DNA of 64,000 bases from a candidate division WOR-3 bacterium (GTDB lineage Bacteria; Hydrothermota; 32-111). Shown one piece after another: positions 1 to 7,992 of the stretch (position 1 is the stretch's first letter; every line of letters begins with the position of its first letter). The notes beneath the pieces were generated by a model, which made no database searches, was not told the DNA's origin, and saw only the letters and a list, made by a program, of their open reading frames with translations. Where the stretch lies: positions 66,602 to 130,601 of the forward strand of contig JBDRZU010000001.1 in the NCBI GenBank assembly GCA_039804105.1, read 5' to 3'. The position numbers were made by a program, and so were the translations under genes.

Positions 1-845
1 TTTTCATAGTTAACGCTGCTGAGTGTGAGCCATATCTTACAAACGATTATAGAGTGATGCTTGAGTTTAAAAATGAATTTTTAAATGGTATAAGTTTGAT
101 TCTTGATAATCTTGGTATCCCAAAATCAATTGTTGGTATAGAGGAAAACAAAGAAGAAGCGTTTGAAGAGTTAAAAAAAGTTAACACGGATAAAAGGATA
201 GAGTTTAAACTTTTAAAAACGAAATACCCTCAGGGTGCTGAAAAACAGTTGATATTCGCTTTAACCAGAAGAGTTGTTCCAATAAGGAAATTACCGTTTG
301 AAGTTGGTGTTATAGTTCAAAATGTTTCAACAGTTAAAGCGATATATGATCTTATTGTTTTTAACAAACCTTTGATTGAACGAGTATTGACATGTTCTGG
401 AAAAGGGATCGTTGAACCGAAAAATATTCTTGCTCCAATTGGAGTAACTGTTTCGCAGATCGCAGATTTTTGTGGTGGAATAAAGGATGATTGTAAATAT
501 CTTATAAACGGTGGACCCATGATGGGAAAACCTTTTACGGATATTGAACTACCAGTAACAAAAACAACATCTGGACTTTTGTTTTTAACTGATGAAGAAG
601 TGAGTGTTGAAGAAGAGAGTACATGTATCAGATGTTCCAAATGTTTATCTGTTTGTCCGATGGGACTTAATCCAACATACTTGAAAGAAGCATCTGACAG
701 AAGAGAATATGAAAAGATGGATGATGTTCTTGACTGTATCGAATGTGGTTCTTGTTCTTTTATATGTCCTGCTTCAAGAGATCTTGCAGCGAGTATCGTT
801 AAAGGTAAACAGAAATATACAAAATATTTGAAGAGAGGTAAATGA
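1..845 (+). CDS. rnfC: Rnf electron-transport complex subunit C (5' end lies outside the window)
   Basis: Frame 3 is open from nt 3 (FIVNAAECEPYLTNDY...), so the gene begins upstream of the window. Two ferredoxin-type 4Fe-4S motifs, CIRCSKCLSVCP and CIECGSCSFICP. ATGA overlap with rnfD, followed by rnfDGEA. Confidence 0.9.
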   Translation, partial: FIVNAAECEPYLTNDYRVMLEFKNEFLNGISLILDNLGIPKSIVGIEENKEEAFEELKKVNTDKRIEFKLLKTKYPQGAEKQLIFALTRRVVPIRKLPFEVGVIVQNVSTVKAIYDLIVFNKPLIERVLTCSGKGIVEPKNILAPIGVTVSQIADFCGGIKDDCKYLINGGPMMGKPFTDIELPVTKTTSGLLFLTDEEVSVEEESTCIRCSKCLSVCPMGLNPTYLKEASDRREYEKMDDVLDCIECGSCSFICPASRDLAASIVKGKQKYTKYLKRGK

Positions 846-1819
846 TGCAAGAAAACAGATTTGTCATGAAAAGTGCTCCATTTCTAAGGGGGAAAGAGGA
901 TATAAAAAGCATCATGTGGACTGTGGTTGTTGCTCTTTTGCCAACTACTCTATGGGCTATCTATCTTTACAGATACAGAGCGTTAACGGTTATTCTGTCA
1001 TGCATAATTTTTACACAACTTTTTGAGATAATTTTTTTGAAGATAAGAGGAGTGAAAAATCTTTTTGAAAGGGCTTTTGATGGAAGTGCCTTTATTACAG
1101 GGCTACTTCTTGCTTTGAATCTTCCATCAACTTCACCATGGTGGATGTGTGCTGTTGGTTCTTTTGTAGCGATGCTTTTTGGAAAGCATATTTTTGGTGG
1201 ACTTGGGAACAATCCATTCAATCCTGCACTTGTTGCGAGAGTTTTTCTCCTTTTGTCTTTCCCATCACTTATGACTAGGTGGACTGTTGGTATCAATCTA
1301 ACAACTCAAACTTTTGCAACTCCACTTGGAATGTTAAAAACACAAGGGGTATCATCAGTTTCAAATCTTGATTACTGGAAACTATTTTTTGGTTTTCCGA
1401 TAGATGGTGTTGGCGGCGGGTCGATCGGAGAGATTTCTGAATTCGCTATCCTTATAGGAGGATTACTTTTGATATTCAGAAAGATTATACCGTTTTTTAT
1501 CCCCTTAATTTACATTTCAACAGTTTTTGTTTTTACTGCGATTTTTAACATTATAGATCCAACAAAATATGCTTCTCCATTTTTCCATATGGTTACAGGT
1601 GGACTTTTCCTTGGAGCTTTCTTTATGGCTACAGATATGGTGACAACACCGATAACCAAAAAGGGAAAGATGATATTTGCTTTTGGATGTGGTTTGATAA
1701 CTTCTCTTATAAGACTTTTTGGCGCTTATCCAGAAGGTGTATCTTTCGCTATACTGATTATGGAAGCTTTATCTCCAACTATAGAGAAGTTTACAAAAAA
1801 TAAAAAATTTGGAGAGTGA
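842..1819 (+). CDS. rnfD: Rnf complex subunit D (NqrB/RnfD family membrane protein)
   Basis: 325-aa polytopic membrane protein with an RnfD-like FFMATDMVTTPIT region. 4-nt overlap with rnfC. Conserved rnf gene order. Confidence 0.9.
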   Translation: MMQENRFVMKSAPFLRGKEDIKSIMWTVVVALLPTTLWAIYLYRYRALTVILSCIIFTQLFEIIFLKIRGVKNLFERAFDGSAFITGLLLALNLPSTSPWWMCAVGSFVAMLFGKHIFGGLGNNPFNPALVARVFLLLSFPSLMTRWTVGINLTTQTFATPLGMLKTQGVSSVSNLDYWKLFFGFPIDGVGGGSIGEISEFAILIGGLLLIFRKIIPFFIPLIYISTVFVFTAIFNIIDPTKYASPFFHMVTGGLFLGAFFMATDMVTTPITKKGKMIFAFGCGLITSLIRLFGAYPEGVSFAILIMEALSPTIEKFTKNKKFGE

Positions 1820-1820
1820 T

Positions 1821-2432
1821 ATGAAAGATAACATAATTCAAATCGCTAAACTTTTTCTTGTTGCTGTTGTTTCAGCATTTTTACTTTCCTATGTATATTC
1901 TATAACAAAAGAACCGATCGAAAAGGCAAAGAATGCTGAGATAATGGAAGCTATCAAAAGTATCGTTCCAGGAATTTCTGATCAGATGATAATTAAGGAT
2001 ACACTACTTGTCTCAGATGTTGAAACTATTCCTTTGAGGGCTTACCTTATTCTTAATCAGGATTCTTCTATTTATGCTTATTCAGTTCTTTCATATACAA
2101 AAAAAGGTTATGGTGGAACGATCACGATAATGGTTGGCGTTGATAAAGATTTTAAAATTACCGGCATATACCCACTGGAATTTTCTGAAACACCTGGACT
2201 TGGAACAAAAATGACTGAAAAGAGTTTTAAAGATCAGTTCCTTTCAAAATCTTTATCGACATTCAATTTCAAAGTTAAAAATGATGGTGGTGATATTCAA
2301 GCGATAACATCTGCAACGATAACCTCGAGGGCAGTGGGTGATTGTCTGGAAAGAGGATTGAAAATTGTAGAATACAATTTTAGAAAAGAAGTTTCAGATT
2401 CCTCTAAAACAGAGGAGGTTATAAATGAATAG
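1821..2432 (+). CDS. rnfG: Rnf complex subunit G (FMN-binding)
   Basis: N-terminal TM anchor plus an FMN_bind-type motif, GGDIQAITSATITSRAV. ATG at 1821 lies 6 nt after a GGAG SD and 1 nt after the rnfD stop. The track start at 1809 is a TTG. Confidence 0.85.
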   Translation: MKDNIIQIAKLFLVAVVSAFLLSYVYSITKEPIEKAKNAEIMEAIKSIVPGISDQMIIKDTLLVSDVETIPLRAYLILNQDSSIYAYSVLSYTKKGYGGTITIMVGVDKDFKITGIYPLEFSETPGLGTKMTEKSFKDQFLSKSLSTFNFKVKNDGGDIQAITSATITSRAVGDCLERGLKIVEYNFRKEVSDSSKTEEVINE

Positions 2433-3081
2433 TTTAAAAAAAATATTTAATGGAATATGGACAAACAATCCTGTTTTGGTAGTTTTACTTGGTTTTTGTC
2501 CAACACTTGCTGTTTCTACGACAGTAAACAACGCAGTTGGAATGGCATTCGCTGCAACCTTTGTTTTGATATCTTCTAACATCGTGATCTCGTCGATAAG
2601 AAAATTTGTTCCCAACAAAATGAGGATCCCAGTTTTTATAATAGTGATTGCAACTTTTGTTACAATAGTTGATCTTGTAGTTTATGGATATTTCCCCAAA
2701 CTCCACAAGTCCCTTGGAGTGTTTATACCTCTCATAGTTGTAAACTGTATTGTTTTTGGACGAGCGGAAGCATTTGCATCCAAAAACAATGTTTTTGATT
2801 CTTTTCTTGATGGGCTTGGAATGGGAATAGGCTTTTTACTAACGATTTCAGTTCTTGCTATCATAAGAGAAGTTATTGGTAACGGAACATTTTGGGGAGT
2901 GAAACTTTTTGGAGAATCCTATTCTCCAGCGATCGTTGCTATTCTTCCACCAGGTGCTTTTTTAACTATCGGATTGATGCTTGGAGGTATGAACTTTATA
3001 AATATAAAAAATAAAGAGAAAGAAAAGATGAAACAAAAACTTGAAAAAGAAAGGTTAAAAACTCAAAAAGAGGTAAAGTAA
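2425..3081 (+). CDS. rnfE: Rnf complex subunit E
   Basis: LGFCPTLAVSTTVNNAVGMAFA signature of the RnfE/NqrD family. Multi-TM. Position between rnfG and rnfA. Confidence 0.85.
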   Translation: MNSLKKIFNGIWTNNPVLVVLLGFCPTLAVSTTVNNAVGMAFAATFVLISSNIVISSIRKFVPNKMRIPVFIIVIATFVTIVDLVVYGYFPKLHKSLGVFIPLIVVNCIVFGRAEAFASKNNVFDSFLDGLGMGIGFLLTISVLAIIREVIGNGTFWGVKLFGESYSPAIVAILPPGAFLTIGLMLGGMNFINIKNKEKEKMKQKLEKERLKTQKEVK

Positions 3082-3082
3082 T

Positions 3083-3664
3083 ATGTTAAAATTATTGATT
3101 ATCGCAATCGATTCAATGTTGATTTCGAATATTGTTTTGATGAGATTTTTAGGTATATGTCCTTATATCGGTGTTTCAAAAAAACAGGAAACAGCTGCTG
3201 GAATGGGCTTTGCGGTTATCTTTGTTATGGTGATGGCAACACTCATCTCTTACCTTTTACAGATATATGTTTTGAATCCTTTGAAACTTGAATATCTCCA
3301 AACGATAGTTTTTATTTTTGTTATCGCGGCTCTTGTACAGATAGTAGAGATCACAATGAAAAAGATAGCACCTGCATTATTTGAAGCATTGGGGATATAT
3401 CTGCCACTTATAACAACAAACTGTACGATTTTGGGGGTTGCAATACTGAACATTCAGAAAAATTACAATCTCATCGAAACGATAGTATTTTCATTTTCAA
3501 CAGGAATAGGATATTTTATCGCGATATACCTTTTTGCAGGTATAAGAGAAAAACTTGAATGGGCTGATATCCCTGAACCTTTTAAAGGTCCTGCGATAGG
3601 TATCATCACTGCGGGATTGATGTCTCTCGCTTTCTTCGGATTTACAGGTCTTGTAAAGATGTGA
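3083..3664 (+). CDS. rnfA: Rnf complex subunit A
   Basis: FLGICPYIGVSKKQETAAGMGFAV signature of the RnfA/NqrE family. 193-aa, six-TM-like protein. Confidence 0.85.
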   Translation: MLKLLIIAIDSMLISNIVLMRFLGICPYIGVSKKQETAAGMGFAVIFVMVMATLISYLLQIYVLNPLKLEYLQTIVFIFVIAALVQIVEITMKKIAPALFEALGIYLPLITTNCTILGVAILNIQKNYNLIETIVFSFSTGIGYFIAIYLFAGIREKLEWADIPEPFKGPAIGIITAGLMSLAFFGFTGLVKM

Positions 3665-4590
3665 TGAGAAAAAATATAATATTTTTAATATTTTTTATTG
3701 TTTTATTCGTCAACTGTTCAACTGTGGTTGAGAAAAGGAAAAATTTTCTTTTTTTTGGAAATATCAATGTTGAAGTAGTTCTTTATGGTGAAAAAGATTT
3801 TGATTTTGAAAAAGTTTTCAAAGATCTGGAAGACACTTTAAAAAAACTTGATGATTTCTTTTCAAAATACAACAAAAATTCTTATGTCTATAGATTTAAC
3901 AATTGTGAAAGTTTTATCGAGAAAGATGATGAGTTTTTAAAGTTATTAACCATAAGTGATTCTTTGAAAAGGTTAACAGATGGATATTTCAATGTTTTCA
4001 TAGAACCTTTACTTTCATACTATAAAAGATGTGAACAACATAATATAGAACCCGTAGAAGATTCGTTGGAATTCTTTGTAGAACTTATCAATCAGAACGA
4101 TCAGATTGAAGTAAAAGGTGAAAGGATCTACAAAAAGAATAAATATGTCTCTGTTGATTTTGGCGGAATAGCAAAGGGATACTTTGGTGATATAGCAAAA
4201 GATATGTTGATCAAGAGGGGGATGAAAAAAGGACTCATCAACCTTGGTGGAGATATAGTCTGTTTTAACTATCTTGACAGAAGACCTTTCAAGATAGGTG
4301 TGAAAAGTTTTGAAAGTGATAGTATTGTAAAAGTTGAAGAAATTTCAAACGGTTCAATCGTAACAAGCGGTGACTATTTTAGATTTTATACTATCAAAGG
4401 TAAAAAGTACTGCCATATCATAGATCCAAAAACTGGTAAAACAGCATCAAAAATACATTCAGTAACAGTTATCGCAGATAACGGGAGTTTGGCTGATTGT
4501 CTGGCAACAGTTTTAATGATCGTTCCAGAAAATAAAAGGGAAGAGATTTTAAAAACATTTTCGAACGTTAAAACATATATACAAAACTAA
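3664..4590 (+). CDS. apbE: FAD:protein FMN transferase (ApbE family)
   Basis: VDFGGIAKGYF and TSGDYFRF motifs typical of ApbE. N-terminal signal/anchor. The ATG overlaps the rnfA stop by 1 nt (TGATG). Confidence 0.85.
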   Translation: MRKNIIFLIFFIVLFVNCSTVVEKRKNFLFFGNINVEVVLYGEKDFDFEKVFKDLEDTLKKLDDFFSKYNKNSYVYRFNNCESFIEKDDEFLKLLTISDSLKRLTDGYFNVFIEPLLSYYKRCEQHNIEPVEDSLEFFVELINQNDQIEVKGERIYKKNKYVSVDFGGIAKGYFGDIAKDMLIKRGMKKGLINLGGDIVCFNYLDRRPFKIGVKSFESDSIVKVEEISNGSIVTSGDYFRFYTIKGKKYCHIIDPKTGKTASKIHSVTVIADNGSLADCLATVLMIVPENKREEILKTFSNVKTYIQN

Positions 4591-4604
4591 TCAAAGGAGT
4601 AATA

Positions 4605-5834
4605 ATGGATAAAATAATAATAATCGGTGGTGGAATAATTGGTGGTTCAATCCTTTTCCATCTCTATAGAGAAGGGTACCAGGGAAAAGTTGTTGTTCTT
4701 GAAAGAAAAAGTCAACTTTCTCAGGAATCAACATCACTTTCTGCAGGTGCTTTTAGAAATATATGGTCAACGAAAGTTAATTTAAAGTTGACAAACTATT
4801 CGATAAACGCCTACAAAAATTTTCATGAAGAATTAGGGACGAATATTGGTTTTGAACAGATAGGATACCTGTTCACCTATTATGAAAAAGAGTTTCAAGC
4901 GATCAAGGATTTTAAACATGTCTGGGACGAAAATGGTGTAAAAACTGAACTTTTGAAGCCAGAGGAAATAAAAAACTATGTGCCCGGTTTTGTTCCAACG
5001 ATCGATCATATCGATCCAGAGGTGAATGAAGTTTTAAATATGAAACCGATAGCGGGTGGACTTTTTGGACCAGACTGTGGTATTTTCAATCCAACAACTG
5101 CTTCGAATAGATATTTTGAATATACAAAAGAAAAATATCCAGAAAAGGTTGAAATAAAGTTAAACAGTGAAGTTAAAAAGATAATTTTCAGTGGAGAAAA
5201 AACAATTGGTGTTGAACTTATAGATGGAACAATTATAGAAGGTGACCTTGTTATTCTTGCTGCTGGAGCATTTTCCGGGGATATTTTGAAAAGATCGATT
5301 GATGATGAAAAATATCATATCCCTGTTGTTCCTTGGAAAAGGATGCTTTTTACTGTTAAAATGCCAAACATTGAAGGTTTTGAAAAGATACCTATGACGA
5401 TAATCGATAACGGTGTATATTTCCATCCTGAAAAAGGAAATCTTATAGTTGGAAGAGCTGATCCAGATCAACCTTTTGGTTATGACTATACTCCAGATCC
5501 AAAATATTACGAAGAGCAGATGAACTACTATATGGCAGCAAGGATTCCAGGAATGGAATATTGTAGAATAATTTCTCCTCAATCGATGTGGGGTGGATTG
5601 TATGAACATAATACGAAGGATAAAAATGGTATAATAGGTTTTCATTCAAAACTCAAAAACCTTTTCATCTCTACTGGATTTTCAGGACACGGTGTTATGG
5701 AAGCACCAGGTGTAGGACTATCTGTTGCTGAAAAGATTTTGACAGGAGAATTTAAAACCATAAAAGAAGTTGAAGATTTAAAATTTGAAAGGTTTGAAAA
5801 TAACCAGTTGATTAAAGAGACAATTGTGATATAA
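4605..5834 (+). CDS. FAD-dependent oxidoreductase (DAO / sarcosine-oxidase-beta-like family)
   Basis: N-terminal dinucleotide-binding fold IIIIGGGIIGGSILFHL...VVVLER and a C-terminal GFSGHGVMEAPGVG motif. AGGAG SD upstream. Substrate not inferable. Confidence 0.75.
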   Translation: MDKIIIIGGGIIGGSILFHLYREGYQGKVVVLERKSQLSQESTSLSAGAFRNIWSTKVNLKLTNYSINAYKNFHEELGTNIGFEQIGYLFTYYEKEFQAIKDFKHVWDENGVKTELLKPEEIKNYVPGFVPTIDHIDPEVNEVLNMKPIAGGLFGPDCGIFNPTTASNRYFEYTKEKYPEKVEIKLNSEVKKIIFSGEKTIGVELIDGTIIEGDLVILAAGAFSGDILKRSIDDEKYHIPVVPWKRMLFTVKMPNIEGFEKIPMTIIDNGVYFHPEKGNLIVGRADPDQPFGYDYTPDPKYYEEQMNYYMAARIPGMEYCRIISPQSMWGGLYEHNTKDKNGIIGFHSKLKNLFISTGFSGHGVMEAPGVGLSVAEKILTGEFKTIKEVEDLKFERFENNQLIKETIVI

Positions 5835-5851
5835 TTATACTCAAGGAAAAT

Positions 5852-6256
5852 ATGAGTAAAGCGGTTTCAAATTTCAATTATGATATAGATGCGATTACAA
5901 GGTATTATATACCTTTGCTTGAACTTGAAGATAGAAAAAATCTTTTTAAAAGAGATTATGAGGATTGGTTCAATCTGATAACTTTACTTGTTGAAGCGTT
6001 AAAAATTTATTCTGAGGATCCAAAAATCGATTTCAACAAAATATTCTCTGAGTTGACAGGGAAAATTCCCTATACAAATTCAAGAAGAAAAAAGTTGGAA
6101 AAGGAGGGTGGTGATTTGATTTTCACCCTCTTTTCTGATTCGATCGTTGATTATCTTTTTAATCTGAAGATAGATGTGGGGAGAAGGAATCTGATCAAAC
6201 AAACAGTTATCAAATTTAAAGAGGATGCAAAAAAGAATCTCTCGAAATTGAATTGA
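5852..6256 (+). CDS. Hypothetical small, predicted helical, cytoplasmic protein
   Basis: 134-aa ORF with no signal peptide and no motif I recognise. AAGGAAA SD-like sequence upstream. Its stop is coupled to the next gene's start. Confidence 0.5.
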   Translation: MSKAVSNFNYDIDAITRYYIPLLELEDRKNLFKRDYEDWFNLITLLVEALKIYSEDPKIDFNKIFSELTGKIPYTNSRRKKLEKEGGDLIFTLFSDSIVDYLFNLKIDVGRRNLIKQTVIKFKEDAKKNLSKLN

Positions 6257-7992
6257 TAATGTATGTTTTAAATATATTTTCGCTTTTTTCTTTTCTCTTA
6301 TCCATATTTTTTTCTTTTGTTGTGTTTTTCAGAAAAGATATAGGTTCTGAAAAGAACAACCTTTTACTCTTTTTATCAACATTCTCTTTTGTTTCAATAA
6401 CAACTTTTATACTCAATCTAACCTTTTTTGGTCAAAGATTTAAAGTTACATATTCTTTATTTTTTCTCTTTTTTCTTTTCTACAACTATTTCCTTTTTTT
6501 CTTTTATTTTGAAAAAAACATAAAAAATGTTGGAATCAGAATTTTCTATCCAATTTTTGCTTTTATTGTTGCTGCTTTCGTATATATACTTTCACCTGTC
6601 TTTCTTGATACAACCTGTCCTGAAAAAATCTTTTTCGTCGATAAATTTTTAAATGAACTTGAATATTTTTCTTTTTTCATTTTTCCTTTCTATACGATAA
6701 TTCTACTTTTTGCAATTTTTCAAAAAAGAATATTCTTTGTTTTTATCGCTTTAATCCATATAGTTTTTTATATTCTTCTTACTTTTGGAATTTTAAATTT
6801 TTTGAGTTTGATTTTTTTATATATGATTCTATTTTTAACTCCAGTTTTTGTTTTTTTTGATTTTTTTCAATTAAAACAATTGAATTTAATAAAGACCTTT
6901 GATTCGGATGTTATAATCAACAATTTTGATTTTGGAATAGTGACACTTGATTCAAAAGGAAAATTGGATTGTAATATTTTTTTCAAACAACTTTTGTTGA
7001 ACGAAGAAACGACTCTTGAAAAGTGGTTCGAACAAAACAAAGGACTACTTGAAGAACTTGAGTATGACAGTTTCTTTAATAGAGAGTTTTTGATAGGCAA
7101 GAGGGAATATAATCTTATTATAGAAAAAAGAAGAGTAAGAAGTGGCTTTACAAATTTTGAAATGTTTATTCTATTTAACTATACAAATGTCAAAATACTT
7201 GAAAAGATGTCAAAAGAGTATACGAATTTTGTGTTCAACTCACTTCTCGATCGAATATACCAGTTCAATATACAGAACCAGTATAAAAAGATGTACGATT
7301 TTTTGAAGGGTTTTGCCCACAACTCTTTTTCTATGATTTCCGTCATAAGAGCCGGTTTCGATTATATACTCGATAATATTGATGAACTTGATAAATATAT
7401 TCATACGAAAAAACAGATCCAACTGAAAAGTGTTTTTGAAGAAAAGATTAACCTTTTACAAAAAACTTTGAATCTGACCGATGTTGGTGTTGCTAAACTG
7501 ATGGAATCTTTTAAAATTTTAAACAACAAGATTAAATACGAGTATGAGGAAGGAAAAACGAATTTCTCTCTGAATGACTTTGTTAAACAGGAACTTTTTT
7601 TCTATATAACAAATACCGAATACAAATATACTATAAATATAGAGTCAAAATTGAATGAAAATTTAAGGGATATTGTTTTCGAATATAGAGTTCTATCAAC
7701 AATATTTCACAACATTTTAAATTTTGTTATCTCTGAAATGATTACAACTCATATAAAAAGGATTTTGGTCGAAACTTATGAGGATGATGGAAGGATGATA
7801 CTCCGTATTGAATCAACAGCAAAAAATTTTGATAAAGAAAAAATTGATGATATACTTAAAAAATCTATATATGTATCAGATGAAAGATATGCCTCATTTA
7901 TAAACGCTTATCTCATGATTAGATCCACAGGATCAATTTTAAAAAGAGTTGATTCTGAATATCTCATTTTTGAAATAATACTCAATGAGTAA
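6253..7992 (+). CDS. 7TM-PAS sensor with a degenerate (pseudo) histidine-kinase core
   Basis: About 7 Phe-rich TM helices (aa 1-205). PAS-like segment (FGIVTLDSKGKLDCNIFFKQLL ... FNYTNVKILEK). LytS/His_kinase-like box YTNFVFNSLLDRI where the usual PHFLFN His is Asn. HATPase N-box-like FHNILNFV, but no DxGxG (G1) or GxGxG (G2) box. Alternative ATG start at 6259. Confidence 0.5.
   Translation: MIMYVLNIFSLFSFLLSIFFSFVVFFRKDIGSEKNNLLLFLSTFSFVSITTFILNLTFFGQRFKVTYSLFFLFFLFYNYFLFFFYFEKNIKNVGIRIFYPIFAFIVAAFVYILSPVFLDTTCPEKIFFVDKFLNELEYFSFFIFPFYTIILLFAIFQKRIFFVFIALIHIVFYILLTFGILNFLSLIFLYMILFLTPVFVFFDFFQLKQLNLIKTFDSDVIINNFDFGIVTLDSKGKLDCNIFFKQLLLNEETTLEKWFEQNKGLLEELEYDSFFNREFLIGKREYNLIIEKRRVRSGFTNFEMFILFNYTNVKILEKMSKEYTNFVFNSLLDRIYQFNIQNQYKKMYDFLKGFAHNSFSMISVIRAGFDYILDNIDELDKYIHTKKQIQLKSVFEEKINLLQKTLNLTDVGVAKLMESFKILNNKIKYEYEEGKTNFSLNDFVKQELFFYITNTEYKYTINIESKLNENLRDIVFEYRVLSTIFHNILNFVISEMITTHIKRILVETYEDDGRMILRIESTAKNFDKEKIDDILKKSIYVSDERYASFINAYLMIRSTGSILKRVDSEYLIFEIILNE

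Noticed and set aside
317-850. Long antisense ORFs inside well-supported genes: 317-850(-), 5160-5645(-), 21220-21579(-), 29093-29476(-), 40485-40847(+), 41016-41408(+), 51788-52171(-) and 60013-60363(-).
   Set aside because: Each lies entirely opposite a gene with strong family motifs. The translations are low-complexity (Ser/Phe/Ile/Lys-rich) with no motifs and no SD/start context. This is typical of shadow frames of real genes.
1810-1828. A 19-nt exact repeat, tggagagtgatatgaaaga, occurs at the rnfD/rnfG junction (1810-1828) and again at the SPOR/mutS junction (37221-37239).
   Set aside because: In both places it is simply ...G-E-stop overlapping a GGAGAG SD, followed by ATG-AAA-GA. A short, AT-rich functional junction like this can plausibly recur by chance. 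There is no flanking similarity to suggest a mobile or regulatory element.
3083-3700. Absence of rnfB, read as a genuine loss of the ferredoxin-binding subunit.
   Set aside because: The window starts inside rnfC, so an upstream rnfB (an rnfBCDGEA order) cannot be excluded.
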